Both the position numbers and the translations under genes were made by a program. Positions 40,166 to 50,094 of a stretch of DNA of 64,000 bases are shown here, one piece after another. Every line of letters begins with the position of its first letter. Position 1 is the first letter of the stretch. Below the pieces are notes generated by a model, which saw only the letters and a program-made list of their open reading frames with translations, was not told where the DNA came from and did not search any database. The stretch covers positions 128,001-192,000 of the forward strand of contig CAXXLL010000002.1 in the NCBI GenBank assembly GCA_963662545.2, given 5' to 3'. This stretch comes from Gammaproteobacteria bacterium (lineage in GTDB: Bacteria; Pseudomonadota; Gammaproteobacteria; Ga0077536).

Positions 40166-40635
40166 GGATAGGACAGGGTTATGACGCACACCGCTTCAAG
40201 AGTGGGGACAACATCATTCTGGGCGGCGTCGAAATTCCATTCGACAAGGGTCTCGCGGCTCACTCGGACGGCGATGTTCTACTGCATGCGATCTGTGACG
40301 CGCTTCTCGGTGCGTCTGCGTTAGGGGATATCGGCAGCCATTTTCCCGACTCCGACCCTGGGCTAAAGGACGTCAGCAGCCGGGATCTCTTGCGACGCGT
40401 AACCGAACTGCTGCGGGAGGCAGGCTACGCGCTCTGCAACATCGACGCCACCGTTATTGCGGAGCAGCCGCGCATCTCGCCGCACGTCCGCGCGATGCGG
40501 GAGAATATCGCCGCCGATACGGGGCTGGCGATCGACGCCATCAGTATCAAGGCGACGACGACCGAGCGCATGGGTTTCACCGGACGCGGTGAGGGTATCG
40601 CGGCGTCCGCGGTATGCATGGTGGAAGTAGTTTAG
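40162..40635 (+). CDS. ispF: MEcPP synthase
   Basis: RIGQGYDAH, HSDGDVLLHA, DIGSHFPD, KATTTE.MGFTGRGEG. Confidence 0.98.
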   Translation: MRIGQGYDAHRFKSGDNIILGGVEIPFDKGLAAHSDGDVLLHAICDALLGASALGDIGSHFPDSDPGLKDVSSRDLLRRVTELLREAGYALCNIDATVIAEQPRISPHVRAMRENIAADTGLAIDAISIKATTTERMGFTGRGEGIAASAVCMVEVV

Positions 40636-40689
40636 CGCTGACAACGGCCGACTTCCTCGAAAACGCTCTGAGAGAGTTACAGAGGTCCC

Positions 40690-41226
40690 CTAAATCTGTT
40701 TGCGCCGCAGGAGTACGTACAGCGCGCCAGATCCGCCGTCGTTGCGCGGCGCCGAGGTGAAGGCGAGCACACCGCCGTGCTGGCGCAGCCAGCGGCCTAC
40801 CTTGGGCTTGAGCACTGGGTTCTTGCCGGGTGAACTCAAGCCTTTCCCGTGGATGACGCGCACACAGGCGAAACGCTGGCCGCGCGCGCGCTCGAGAAAC
40901 GCTGCGAGTCGTTCCTTGGCTTCAGGCACCGTCAACCCGTGGAGGTCGAGTTCATCCTGTACGGCATATCGGCCGCGTCTGAGTTTGCGTAGCACGCTGC
41001 GCTGCAGACCAGGACGGTGGAACTCGGTGACCTCGCTGCTGTCAGCGGCATCCCAGTCGAAATCGCCGCGATCGAGGTCGCGTATGACGGCGGTTGCATC
41101 GCGTTCGGAGTGGCGCGGCAGTGGCGGTGGCCGCGGATGATCCGGTGCTACCGTGTCATGTTCGAGTCTTCTTACCTTGCCGACGAGCTTCCGAAAGGAA
41201 TCGAGTTCCGAATCATCTTGCGCCAC
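40690..41226 (-). CDS. Smr/MutS2-domain endonuclease
   Basis: LDLHGLT, VIHGKG, GGSGALYVLL; start set to GTG 41226 behind AGGAG because the longer ORF start lies inside MITE copy 4. Confidence 0.9.
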   Translation of the reverse strand: MAQDDSELDSFRKLVGKVRRLEHDTVAPDHPRPPPLPRHSERDATAVIRDLDRGDFDWDAADSSEVTEFHRPGLQRSVLRKLRRGRYAVQDELDLHGLTVPEAKERLAAFLERARGQRFACVRVIHGKGLSSPGKNPVLKPKVGRWLRQHGGVLAFTSAPRNDGGSGALYVLLRRKQI

Positions 41227-41256
41227 GATACCCTGTCTCCTCGTGGTAGTTACTAA

Positions 41257-41418
41257 GGAACCTCTGAATAAGTCATGGCACATCTGCCTTGCCCATGAAA
41301 TCGCGCAGCTCAGCGTTACGAAGCTTGCCAATAGTCCCCGCTATTGCCTGCGCTTCGTGCCTTGATCTGCACAATTGCATGAATAATTCAGACGCACCAT
41401 GACTTATTCAGAGGTTCC
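41257..41418 (+). mobile_element. 162-bp MITE copy 4 (purL-smr)
   Basis: Perfect 22-bp TIR; flanks CTAA (41253-41256)/TTAA (41419-41422). Confidence 0.93.
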
Positions 41419-41446
41419 TTAAATCGATCGCCGTGTCGCGGCGAGG

Positions 41447-44400
41447 TCAATTGCCGGCAACCCAGCGCCTTGCGTTGTTGAACAAAGCCATCCACGGACT
41501 TTCCTCATCACTCCAGGACGGTGGGCACCACGAATACTGCTTGCTCAGAAACCCTCGTTCCGGATGCGGCATCATGATGGTGATCCTGCCGTCGTCGGTG
41601 GTGAGCCCAGTGATGCCGCGTGGTGACCCGTTGGGATTAAGGGGATAAGACTCGGTGCATTGTCCGCGGTTGTCGACGAAGCGCAAACACACCCCGCGTT
41701 CGTTGTCCGGGGCGCCGGATGGCCATGCGGCGCGGCCTTCGCCATGGGCGACGATGATGGGCGCGGCCAGGCCTTCCAGGCCCGCAGTCAAAATCGAGTT
41801 CGATCGGACCACTTCGGCCATGACGAGGCGCGCTTCGAACTGTTCGGAGGTGTTGCGCTCGAATGACGGCCAGTGCGCCGCGCCTGGAATGAGGTCCCGA
41901 AGGTCGCTCAGCATCTGGCAGCCGTTGCAAACCCCGAGCGTAAACGTATCTACCCGCGCGAAAAACGCTTCGAACACGTCGCGGGCGCGCCTATTCAGGC
42001 GGATGGTTCCAGCCCATCCGCGTCCCGCTCCCAGGACGTCACCGTAGGAGAATCCTCCGCAGGCGGCGAGACCGACCATGCTGTCCAGTGATTCCCTGCC
42101 GTCGATGATATCGGTCATGTGTACGTCGACTGCATCGAAGCCGGCGCGGTCGAAGGCCGCGGCCATTTCGACGTGTCCGTTCACGCCCTGCTCACGCAGC
42201 ACAGCGACCCGCGGACGCGCGCCTATTGTGACGGCAGCGGCAATGTGGTGATTGTTGAAGTTCGTTCGCGGAAGCCTGATCGCAAGACCTGGATCATCGC
42301 GATCGAGAATGACGGCGAGTTCTTGATCCGCACACTCAGGGTTATCGCGCAGGCGCTGTATCGCATGCGTCGTCGACGAATAGCCTGCCAGCAACGCGTT
42401 TAAATCCGCTTTGATTACCTGTTTTCCTCTGTGGCCCAGCTTGAGCATCCGATTGTCAACAGGCCGTCCGATCAGGTGAACGCAGTCGCCAAGGCCAGTG
42501 GACTCCACGAAAAAGGCTTCGACGCGGTCGCGTTCAGCGGCCGGGATCTGGATGACGGCGCCGAGTTCTTCGGCGAACAAGGCCCTCAGCGGGTCATCAC
42601 CGAGCGAACTCAGATCAATATCCAGTCCGAGCCTCGCGGCGAACGCCATTTCCGCGAGGGTAACGGCAAGTCCACCATCCGAGCGATCGTGATAGGCCAG
42701 CAGATAACCGCCATCGTTCAGCGCCTGCACGGCGCGGAAGAAATCCGCGAGGTCGCGGGCCTCCTCGCAGTCGGGAGGAACGCCGCCCTGCATGCCGTAA
42801 CTTTGCGCCAGGATCGAACCACCCACTCGATTGCGCCCGTGCCCCAGGTCAACGAGCAGCAACACCGTGTCTTCGTCGCGGGAGAGTTCCGGGGTCAGGC
42901 TCTGGCGCACGTCCGTGACCGGCGCGAATGCGGACACGATCAGCGAAACGGGCGCCACGGTTTGCCACGTTTCGCCGTCGACATTCCAAGCTGAGCGCAT
43001 AGACATTGAATCTTTGCCAACCGGAATGTTGATTCCCAGTGCGGGACAGAACTCCAGGCCGACCGCCCGAACCATGTCATAAAGCCGGGCGTCCTCTCCC
43101 GGATGTCCTGCCGGGCACATCCAGTTTGCCGACAGCACCACATCGGCCAGCTGTTTAATCCGGGCCGCCGCGATATTGGTAACAGCCTCAGCCACGGCGA
43201 GGCGGGCGGACGCGGGTCCGTCGATCAAGGCGACGGGCGTGCGTTCGCCCAGCGCCATGGCTTCACCGACATGGTTCGAAAAACCGCTCGACGTCACCGC
43301 GCAATCGGCCACCGGCACCTGCCATGGCCCGATCATCTGGTCCCGCACCGCGAGTCCGCCGACCGTACGATCGCCGATCGTGATCAGGAAACGTTTGTCG
43401 CCGACGCCGGGAAAGGATAATACGCGCTCTAGTGCTTCGTGGAGATCTACCCGCGAGAAGTCCGGCGAAGCCAGATTCGTCTGCACGTGTTTCACGTCAC
43501 GCTGCATACGCGGCGGCTTACCGAAAATGACATCCATGGGTAGGTCGATGGCCGGCGTTCCCGTGAGGCTGTCATTTACGACGATCTGTTCGCGTTCGGT
43601 CGCCGTACCAACTACCGCGTAGGGACAGCGTTCGCGTTTGCAGATTTCGGCGATCTGTTCAACGCCGTCGGCGCTGACGGCGAGGACGTAACGTTCCTGC
43701 GCCTCGTTACACCAGATCTCGTGCGGCGACATACCTGGCTCCGCATTGGGAATGTCGCGCAATTCGATGATCCCGCCGCGATCGCTGTCGTGCAGTATTT
43801 CCGGAATCGCGTTTGACAAACCGCCGGCGCCAACGTCGTGTATCGTGAGGACGGGGTTGGCGTCGCCGGCGGCCCAGCAAGTATCGATCACCTGCTGGCA
43901 GCGTCGCTGCATCTCGGCGTTATCCCGCTGTACCGACGCGAAGTCGAGGTCCGCATCGATGGCGCCCGAACCTAGCGATGATGCGGCGCCGCCGCCCAGG
44001 CCGATGAGCATGGCGGGCCCGCCGAGTATAAGAATCCTGGCACCGGCGGGAATCGCCTGCTTGGCGACGTGCCCGGGCCGGATGTTGCCAAGGCCCCCGG
44101 CCAGCATGATGGGTTTGTCGTAACCGCGTACGGTACGTTCGGTATCACCAGGCGACTCGAAGGTGCGGAAATAACCGGTCAGCGCCGGGCGTCCGAATTC
44201 ATTATTGAAAGCGGCGGCGCCGACGGGTCCTTCGAGCATGATTTCGAGTGCTGTCGCGAGTCGGGGATTCAGCGGTCGTGCGGTTTCCCAGGGCGGCGCG
44301 GCGCCGGGCAGGCGCAGGTGCGATACGGTGAAACCGGTCAAGCCCGCCTTTGGCTTCGCGCCGCGTCCAGTCGCCCCTTCGTCGCGGATCTCACCGCCGG

Positions 44401-45331
44401 CGCCGGTCGAAGCGCCCGGGTAGGGTGATATTGCCGTCGGGTGGTTGTGGGTTTCGACCTTCAACACGATCGGCACGTCTTCGTGATGATGCGTATAAGT
44501 GAGGTTCGCACCGTTCACACAAAACCGCTCCGCGCTGTAGCCTCGACTGACCGCGGCGTTGTCCCGATAGGCAGACAAGACGTCGTTGGGATGGCAGGCA
44601 TAGGTGTTTCGAATCATGTCGAACAGGCTGAGCGGTTCCTCACGTCCGTCCACCGACCATGATGCGTTGAAGATCTTGTGACGGCAGTGCTCGGAATTAG
44701 CCTGCGCGAACATCATCAGTTCGACGTCCGTCGGATCACGTTCGAGTTCCCGATACCGATCGTCGAGATAATCGATCTCTTCATCCGCCAGCGCGAGGCC
44801 GAGAGACGCGTTGGCGGACAGGAGTGCATCGCGTCCCTCTGCCAGCAGCGGAACGCGCACCAGCTGCCCTGGCCGAGCCGTCGAATTGAGCACATTGAGT
44901 TCGGCGCACGATCGCATGACGGTTTCCGTCATTCGATCGTGTAGAAACGGCAGCAAGCGTTCGATGTCCTTCGGGTCAAGGCCGGTGACGAACCAGGCGG
45001 TCACACGCTCGATACGCGCGAGCCCGGTCACGCCGCAATTCATGCAGATGTCGGCCGCCTTGCTGGACCAGGGAGATATCGTGCCGATGCGTGGCGTGAC
45101 CAGAAAGTCGGGCTCGGCGGCTTGGTGGTTGCCGGCGGGGTCGCGCGCGCGCGTAAGGCGGTTCAGCAGGGCCCTCTCGGCAGTCGTCGCGCCGTCGGCG
45201 TTATAAAACCAGGCGGCGAACAAGTGCTCGGCGTCAATCGTCTCCAAGGCCGGCGCTACGTGTACGCAATCAGCCTTGAGTTTTTCGATTCGAAAGGGAG
45301 AAAGGGCGCGCCCGCCCCGTAGTAACAACAT
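41447..45331 (-). CDS. purL: FGAM synthase, large single-chain type
   Basis: [53 protein letters not shown]; 1294 aa. Confidence 0.99.
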   Translation of the reverse strand: MLLLRGGRALSPFRIEKLKADCVHVAPALETIDAEHLFAAWFYNADGATTAERALLNRLTRARDPAGNHQAAEPDFLVTPRIGTISPWSSKAADICMNCGVTGLARIERVTAWFVTGLDPKDIERLLPFLHDRMTETVMRSCAELNVLNSTARPGQLVRVPLLAEGRDALLSANASLGLALADEEIDYLDDRYRELERDPTDVELMMFAQANSEHCRHKIFNASWSVDGREEPLSLFDMIRNTYACHPNDVLSAYRDNAAVSRGYSAERFCVNGANLTYTHHHEDVPIVLKVETHNHPTAISPYPGASTGAGGEIRDEGATGRGAKPKAGLTGFTVSHLRLPGAAPPWETARPLNPRLATALEIMLEGPVGAAAFNNEFGRPALTGYFRTFESPGDTERTVRGYDKPIMLAGGLGNIRPGHVAKQAIPAGARILILGGPAMLIGLGGGAASSLGSGAIDADLDFASVQRDNAEMQRRCQQVIDTCWAAGDANPVLTIHDVGAGGLSNAIPEILHDSDRGGIIELRDIPNAEPGMSPHEIWCNEAQERYVLAVSADGVEQIAEICKRERCPYAVVGTATEREQIVVNDSLTGTPAIDLPMDVIFGKPPRMQRDVKHVQTNLASPDFSRVDLHEALERVLSFPGVGDKRFLITIGDRTVGGLAVRDQMIGPWQVPVADCAVTSSGFSNHVGEAMALGERTPVALIDGPASARLAVAEAVTNIAAARIKQLADVVLSANWMCPAGHPGEDARLYDMVRAVGLEFCPALGINIPVGKDSMSMRSAWNVDGETWQTVAPVSLIVSAFAPVTDVRQSLTPELSRDEDTVLLLVDLGHGRNRVGGSILAQSYGMQGGVPPDCEEARDLADFFRAVQALNDGGYLLAYHDRSDGGLAVTLAEMAFAARLGLDIDLSSLGDDPLRALFAEELGAVIQIPAAERDRVEAFFVESTGLGDCVHLIGRPVDNRMLKLGHRGKQVIKADLNALLAGYSSTTHAIQRLRDNPECADQELAVILDRDDPGLAIRLPRTNFNNHHIAAAVTIGARPRVAVLREQGVNGHVEMAAAFDRAGFDAVDVHMTDIIDGRESLDSMVGLAACGGFSYGDVLGAGRGWAGTIRLNRRARDVFEAFFARVDTFTLGVCNGCQMLSDLRDLIPGAAHWPSFERNTSEQFEARLVMAEVVRSNSILTAGLEGLAAPIIVAHGEGRAAWPSGAPDNERGVCLRFVDNRGQCTESYPLNPNGSPRGITGLTTDDGRITIMMPHPERGFLSKQYSWCPPSWSDEESPWMALFNNARRWVAGN

Positions 45332-45349
45332 TCGATCTCTAACCCTTAG

Positions 45350-45511
45350 GGAACCTCTGAATAAGTCATGGTGCGTCTGAATTGTTCATGCAATTGTGCA
45401 GATCAAGGCACGAATCGCAGGTAATAGCGGGGACTATTGGCAAGGTTCGTAACGCCGAGCTGCGGAATTTCATGGGCAAGGCAGATGTGCCATGACTTTT
45501 TCAGAGGTTCC
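45350..45511 (-). mobile_element. 162-bp MITE copy 5, between the secretin-N gene and purL
   Basis: Reverse-complement copy; direct repeat TTAG at 45346-45349 and 45512-45515, the latter containing the upstream gene's TAA stop. Confidence 0.93.
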
Positions 45512-46372
45512 TTAGGGTATGACTTCCACCTTCACCCAGACGTCGTAGACGTCGCTACCCTGGCGCCGCGTGCTGTAGAGCGTACCGCTCGTCGCATCAT
45601 TGAACGCCTGGGCAGCACCGCCGAGTGGTATCCATTCACCCAGCCGACCGCTGACGGTCGTTGACAGGCCGCGTGCATCGATCAAACCACCGCCGGAACG
45701 ATTGAGGTTCTCGGCAAACGGCGAGATCTCGAGGTGAATCCGGTCGCCCGCAACGCGCGGCAGGACGTAGAAACCTGAACCGACATTACGATACCTGATG
45801 GATCCGAACACGGTAGCGCCATACGGCGTCCACACCACCGAGTGCTCCGGCAGCGGGACGGATTTCCCCGCACTGATGAAAGCAGGCGAGCCTTCAATGG
45901 CATGCACGAAATGCGTATTGTCAGCGTCGTGCACGCCCTGCGTGCTGTAATTGCGATACTGCAGTTGCTTGTCTCCATCGCCATAGGTGATGCTCGCGCC
46001 CGGCCCGCGCCGCGGCCGGCCGACTCGGGCCTGAACATCACCGCCAGTAATGCGGGCCGACAGTTCGTTTTCGCGGATCCGCGAGTGAGCATCGATGTCC
46101 TGACGCACGGTGATGCGCAGTTGTTTCAATTTCGCATCGAGCGCCGCGAGGACGTTCTTGAGATCGACCAGGTTTTCGGGCGTTGTGCGGATGATCAGCT
46201 GGTCGTTCATGCCGGTTACAGTACCGCCATCGGTAACCAATGCCTGGAGCGTCGGTACGATGTCGCCGACGAGACGATGCTTGAGTGGAATAATCTCCAA
46301 GATCATTTCGGCACTTTGCACCGCTGGCGCGATCGAGATAAGGGCGATCGTTAGGATGAGGATACGGCTCAT
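45512..46372 (-). CDS. Exported secretin-N-terminal (NolW-like) domain protein
   Basis: Signal peptide, EIIPLKHR...LIIRTTPENL..L.ALD...QLRITV, GFYVLPR, TTVSGRLGEWI; ATG 46372 overlaps the upstream stop (ATGA). Confidence 0.7.
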   Translation of the reverse strand: MSRILILTIALISIAPAVQSAEMILEIIPLKHRLVGDIVPTLQALVTDGGTVTGMNDQLIIRTTPENLVDLKNVLAALDAKLKQLRITVRQDIDAHSRIRENELSARITGGDVQARVGRPRRGPGASITYGDGDKQLQYRNYSTQGVHDADNTHFVHAIEGSPAFISAGKSVPLPEHSVVWTPYGATVFGSIRYRNVGSGFYVLPRVAGDRIHLEISPFAENLNRSGGGLIDARGLSTTVSGRLGEWIPLGGAAQAFNDATSGTLYSTRRQGSDVYDVWVKVEVIP

Positions 46373-46902
46373 ATGTGCAGCCTCCGGAAATTCGTGTCGG
46401 GCACGCCGCGTTCCCACATTTCCTCGATCCGATCGGCGAGCCCTTTGGCGATCCGCCTGTCATTGAAATCCGCCGTACCTTCGAAGCGATCGGAAAACTG
46501 GCGATGTATGTATCCAGTGTTATCGGCCACGAGGATCGCTTCATTAAACTGCTTGTGCTGAGGCGCGGGCGCGCGAATTTCAATGTAACTCGCTAGACGC
46601 GAACTCAGTTCGAGCACCCGATGACCGGTCGAAATAAGCGGCCTGGACTCGACGATGAACAGCCTTATTTGCGCAGTTCGGTTGTTCAAGGCCACGTTCT
46701 TGAGGGCCTCGACAAAGGCGTCATTGTCGTAGATGGCAGGGTCTAAATGGCGGCTGACGATCATCAGCGACTGCCTGCATTGCCGGGCCATCGTCACACT
46801 GATCACGGCGAGCGATTCGTGATCGTCGAATGTCAGCGGCGCGGCCGTCTCGCCGAGCACGGCGCCTTCGTAGCCGGCGATTTCACCTCGGACCTCAGAC
46901 AT
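46369..46902 (-). CDS. Conserved hypothetical protein (PLD-like N-terminal fold suspected)
   Basis: Coupled to purB and to the downstream gene by overlaps; SRHLDPAIYD, GHRVLELSSRL.S.IEIR, LVADNTGY. Confidence 0.75.
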   Translation of the reverse strand: MSEVRGEIAGYEGAVLGETAAPLTFDDHESLAVISVTMARQCRQSLMIVSRHLDPAIYDNDAFVEALKNVALNNRTAQIRLFIVESRPLISTGHRVLELSSRLASYIEIRAPAPQHKQFNEAILVADNTGYIHRQFSDRFEGTADFNDRRIAKGLADRIEEMWERGVPDTNFRRLHI

Positions 46903-48286
46903 CTTTGGCCAGCGCGGCGGCGTTGCCGATGTAATCCGCGGGCGTCAGCGCTTTGAGTGCCCGCTTGGCGTCCGTTGGTATAGCCAGCCCATCAATGATT
47001 TTTCCGAGGCTTTCACGGTCGATGCGCTGCCCACGGGTCAGTTTTTTCAACTGCTCGTAGGAATCGCTGATGCCATGGCGGCGCATGACCGTCTGAATCG
47101 GCTCGGCCAGTACTTCCCATGCATGTTCGAGGTCGCGTGCGAGGCGATCCTTGTCGATCTCGAGTTTACCCAGGCCCTTGAGCAGCGATTGGTAGGCGAT
47201 CACGGAGTAAGCAAGTGCACTGCCCAGATTTCGCAGCACGGTCGAATCCGTGAGGTCGCGCTGCATTCTCGACAGCGGCAGCTTCCGTGCGAAGTGATTG
47301 AGCAGCGCATTGGCGACGCCGAGATTACCCTCGGCGTTTTCGAAGTCGATCGGATTCACCTTATGCGGCATGGACGAAGATCCGACTTCGTCATCGAGAT
47401 GCTGCTGCCTGAAATAGCCGATCGAAATATAGCTCCAGATGTCGCGGCACAGGTCCATGAAAATCGTGTTCGTGCGCGCCAGCGCATCGGCGAATTCGGC
47501 GATACAGTCATGCGGTTCGATTTGGGTCGTATGCGAATTCCAGCCGAGTCCGAGGCTCACTACGAAACGCTCGCTCAAGCGCGGCCAGTCGACGTGCGGA
47601 TAAGCCGCGAGGTGAGCGTTGTAGTTGCCGACGGCGCCGTTCATTTTCCCGAGCAGGGCGACTTGTTCCAGAGCATCTATCTGGCGGCGGAGGCGGACCG
47701 CGAAATTCGCCATTTCTTTGCCCATCGTCGTGGGCGATGCGGACTGGCCGTGCGTACGCGACAGCATCGCGTCGCTGGCATGTGCGGCGCTGAGGGAGGC
47801 AAGCCCACTCAGCAGTTCGTTCATAGCCGGGAGCAATACTTCGGCGCGTGCATCGCTCAGCATCATGCCGTAAGCGAGGTTGTTGATGTCCTCGCTGGTA
47901 CAGGCGAAATGAATGAACGGTATGGCGGCATCGAGAGTCCGATGTTCCGCGAAATATTCTCGTAGGTAATATTCGACCGCCTTGACGTCATGATTGGTCG
48001 TCGCTTCCAGCTGCTTGATCTTTGCAGCTTGGGTCTCATCGAACGAACGCAATAGGCCTTCGAGAATACCGGTTGCCGAGTCGTCGAACGCCGGTAGTTC
48101 AGTGATCGAGTTTTCAGCACCCAAGGCCTCCAGCCAGCGGACTTCGACGACGACACGATAACGCATAAGGCCCAATTCACTGCAGATGCGGCGCAGCGGA
48201 GCCGTATGCCTGGCGTAGCGGCCGTCCACCGGCGAAACGGCGTTGAGTTCTGACAGCGGCGTCGTATCGCCGGGGGACTGCGTCAT
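46895..48286 (-). CDS. purB: Adenylosuccinate lyase
   Basis: SPVDGRY, TNHDVKAVEY, SRTHGQ.ASPTT, GSSSMPHKVNPIDFEN; ATG 48286 overlaps the tas stop. Confidence 0.98.
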   Translation of the reverse strand: MTQSPGDTTPLSELNAVSPVDGRYARHTAPLRRICSELGLMRYRVVVEVRWLEALGAENSITELPAFDDSATGILEGLLRSFDETQAAKIKQLEATTNHDVKAVEYYLREYFAEHRTLDAAIPFIHFACTSEDINNLAYGMMLSDARAEVLLPAMNELLSGLASLSAAHASDAMLSRTHGQSASPTTMGKEMANFAVRLRRQIDALEQVALLGKMNGAVGNYNAHLAAYPHVDWPRLSERFVVSLGLGWNSHTTQIEPHDCIAEFADALARTNTIFMDLCRDIWSYISIGYFRQQHLDDEVGSSSMPHKVNPIDFENAEGNLGVANALLNHFARKLPLSRMQRDLTDSTVLRNLGSALAYSVIAYQSLLKGLGKLEIDKDRLARDLEHAWEVLAEPIQTVMRRHGISDSYEQLKKLTRGQRIDRESLGKIIDGLAIPTDAKRALKALTPADYIGNAAALAKDV

Positions 48287-49323
48287 GGACACGGGTTGGA
48301 AATCTCCTCATGCACAGCATCGATCGCTTTCAGTAGTTCGCGCGGCAACTCCAATCCGCTCGCCTTGAGATTGTGATCCAGTTGCGCAATTGAACTTGCA
48401 CCTATGATAACGCTGCTTACAAAGGGTTTCGACGTGACGAACGCGAGTGCCATGTGAGCCGGGTCGATCGCGGCGGCAGATGCGATCTCGACGTAACGTC
48501 GCGTGGCCGCACGAGCGGCCGCATTCGAATAGCGGTCGTGGCGTCCAAAAAAGGTCAGGCGTGCGTCCGCCGGGACCAGATCTTCCAGGTATTTGCCGCT
48601 CAGGGTACCGGATCCAAGGGGCGAATAAGCGAGCAGGCTTAAGCGTTCACGGTGTGCGATTTCAGCTCCGCCGACTTCAAAACTGCGATTCAGGAGGTTG
48701 TAGGGATTCTGGATCGAAGCGATGCGCGGTAAGCCCTGTGCGCCCGCGATACGCAGAAACTCCATCATTCCCCAGGGCGTCTCGTTTGACAGACCTACGT
48801 AGCGAATCTTGCCGCTGCGAACGATATCGTCTAGCGCGTAGAGGGTCTCCTCGATGCTGAACGCCTGTTCGTTGCGAGCCGGGTTGAATCCGAGTTGGCC
48901 GAAAAAATTTGCGGCGCGGTCGGGCCAGTGCAGTTGAAAGAGGTCAATATAGTCCGTTTTGAGCCGCACGAGGCTCGCATCCACTGCGCGTGCGAGATTT
49001 TCGGCCGTGTGGACGGAGCGCCCACCCCGTATCCAGGGCACGAAAGCGCCGGGGCCCGCCGCCTTGGTTGCGAGCACGATACGATCCCGGCCGCCCCGTT
49101 GCTCTAGCCAAGCACCCACGATGCGTTCCGATTCGCCGTAGGTCGCCTCGCGCGCCGGACCGGGATACATTTCGGCCGTATCGATCAAGTTGAGACCGGT
49201 ATCGCAGGCCCGATCCAATTGGGCATGCGCCTCCGCTGCGCTATTCTGTCCGCCGAAGGTCATCGTTCCCAGGCAGAACGCACTCACTTCCAGATCAGTA
49301 TTTCCGAGCTTGCGATATTCCAT
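48283..49323 (-). CDS. tas: NADP(H)-dependent aldo/keto reductase, Tas-like
   Basis: CLGTMTFG.QN, DTAEMYP, QLHWPDR..NFFG, GLSNETPWG, IQNPYNLLNR, NPCP C-terminus; start moved to ATG 49323. Confidence 0.88.
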   Translation of the reverse strand: MEYRKLGNTDLEVSAFCLGTMTFGGQNSAAEAHAQLDRACDTGLNLIDTAEMYPGPAREATYGESERIVGAWLEQRGGRDRIVLATKAAGPGAFVPWIRGGRSVHTAENLARAVDASLVRLKTDYIDLFQLHWPDRAANFFGQLGFNPARNEQAFSIEETLYALDDIVRSGKIRYVGLSNETPWGMMEFLRIAGAQGLPRIASIQNPYNLLNRSFEVGGAEIAHRERLSLLAYSPLGSGTLSGKYLEDLVPADARLTFFGRHDRYSNAAARAATRRYVEIASAAAIDPAHMALAFVTSKPFVSSVIIGASSIAQLDHNLKASGLELPRELLKAIDAVHEEISNPCP

Positions 49324-49450
49324 AACCAGAGATTCGTGATGATTCGATGTAAATTGATGGCTAGCCGGGCCGCCAGGTCCCCGAAATCGAACACCAGGCC
49401 GTCCCAACCTGTTCGCGCCGGTTCAGCGGCACGACTTCGGAGTCGGCTTG

Positions 49451-50074
49451 ATGCCTGAGTATTCCGTCGCACAGCGATTCCGCGGATTTCTCCCCGTTAT
49501 CATCGATGTGGAAACAGGAGGTTTCAATTCGCAAACCGACGCGCTGCTGGAAATCGCCGCGGTATTGATCGACATCGATGACGAGCGGGGTTGGCACAGG
49601 CGCACCACGATCGGTTGCCACGTCACGCCCTTCGAAGGCGCTAATCTCGACAAAAGCTCGCTCGAATTCAACAAGATTGACCCTTATCACCCTTTTCGGA
49701 TCGCGGTCGACGAAAGTGAAGCTCTCGAACAGATCTTCGAAGCCATCCGGACGGAAATCACGCGCCACGGATGCAGCCGGGCGATCCTCGTCGGTCACAA
49801 TCCGACCTTCGACCTCACCTTCGTCAAGGCCGCAGCGTCGCGTAGCGGCATCAAAAAGCTCCCCTTTCACAATTTCAGCACCTTCGACACGGCGGCTCTG
49901 GCGGGTGTGGCGTTCGGCCAGACCGTGCTCGCGCGCGCGGTGCTGGCTGCGGGCCTCGAATGGGACGCTGACGAGGCGCATTCAGCCATTTACGACGCCG
50001 AACGCACGGCCGATCTCTTCTGTGAAATCGTCAATCGCTGGGATCGCTACTTGGACGCCGCCGAAGTTCCTTAA
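49451..50074 (+). CDS. rnt: Ribonuclease T
   Basis: RFRGFLPVIIDVETGGFN, VGHN..FD, FDTA.LAG...GQTVLA, AHSAIYDAE. Confidence 0.96.
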   Translation: MPEYSVAQRFRGFLPVIIDVETGGFNSQTDALLEIAAVLIDIDDERGWHRRTTIGCHVTPFEGANLDKSSLEFNKIDPYHPFRIAVDESEALEQIFEAIRTEITRHGCSRAILVGHNPTFDLTFVKAAASRSGIKKLPFHNFSTFDTAALAGVAFGQTVLARAVLAAGLEWDADEAHSAIYDAERTADLFCEIVNRWDRYLDAAEVP

Positions 50075-50094
50075 TATAAGCAGAGCGCGGGCAC

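Noticed and set aside
41153-41365. Recurring small ORFs EPLNKSWHICLAHEIAQL / MARFVTPSCGISWARQMCHD (also 16048-16437, 45437-45664, 62914-63180 and the N-terminal extension of smr)
   Set aside because: They are translations of the MITE; frames and stops are not conserved among copies and there is no SD.
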